A stretch of 64,000 nt of DNA, taken from assembly GCF_009914755.1 (NCBI RefSeq), contig NC_060926.1. One strand, given 5' to 3'. Source of the DNA: the human T2T-CHM13v2.0 reference genome, Homo sapiens. Both the position numbers and the translations under genes were made by a program. This document shows positions 63,692 to 64,000 of the stretch, in pieces (the first letter of the stretch is position 1; each line of letters starts with the position of its first letter). The notes below the pieces were generated by a model that was not told the DNA's origin, made no database searches, and saw only the letters and a program-made list of their open reading frames with translations.

Positions 63692-64000
63692 TTAGTCTTC
63701 TCAATATTGGCTTGGAAGAGTTCATTATTTCTATTAGACCAACTCATTATATTAGGTTCAAATATATACTTTCTAAATATTTTCTTTCAGGTGATGCTTT
63801 TATTTAAAAAAAATTACAATACCTTTGAAGAGCAATAATATTAACTTTAATAATATAAAATTATTTATTTTTTGTTTAATTAATGCCTATTTTTGTCCAT
63901 TTTAAGCCCTAAACCACAGAATTTCTAGGAAGTTTTCGTCTTACAGTTTTATGGTTTTAACTTTCACATTTAGATCTGATATTTATTTTGAGTTACTCTT
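63692..64000 (-). mobile_element. Old L1 ORF2 fragment (runs off the window)
   Basis: tttgaagagca...cagttttatggttttaactttcacatttagatct...ttttgagtta; continues the L1-like ttggattgtttgt left of the MLT1. Confidence 0.6.

Overview
Primate, almost certainly human, AT-rich genomic DNA; the best species clue is a consensus-matching AluYa5 with all five diagnostic bases. The window is dominated by transposable elements and I see no intact protein-coding gene, rRNA, tRNA or CRISPR. The only gene-derived sequence is a processed pseudogene of CRLF3 (~42155-44880, +), interrupted by an AluY. The largest structure is nested: an old L1M (~13400-30265, +) is split by a complete MER41 (ERV1) provirus (17359-28952, -), which is itself split by a 5.6 kb L1PA (18616-24191, 17-bp TSD) and an AluY. 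Also present: full-length HSMAR2 and Tigger2 DNA transposons, a twin-primed (inverted) L1PA, many MaLR/ERVL solo LTRs, about 12 Alus, and MIR/L2 relics. Most interesting: the two MER41 LTRs differ in a block and in their STAT motifs; a perfect 20-bp hairpin; an ancient ~320-bp local duplication; a recursive-splice-like AG|GTAAGA site; and a possibly polymorphic AluYa5. I find no evidence for a novel multi-gene system. Subfamily names come from recalled consensus sequences and need RepeatMasker/Dfam confirmation.
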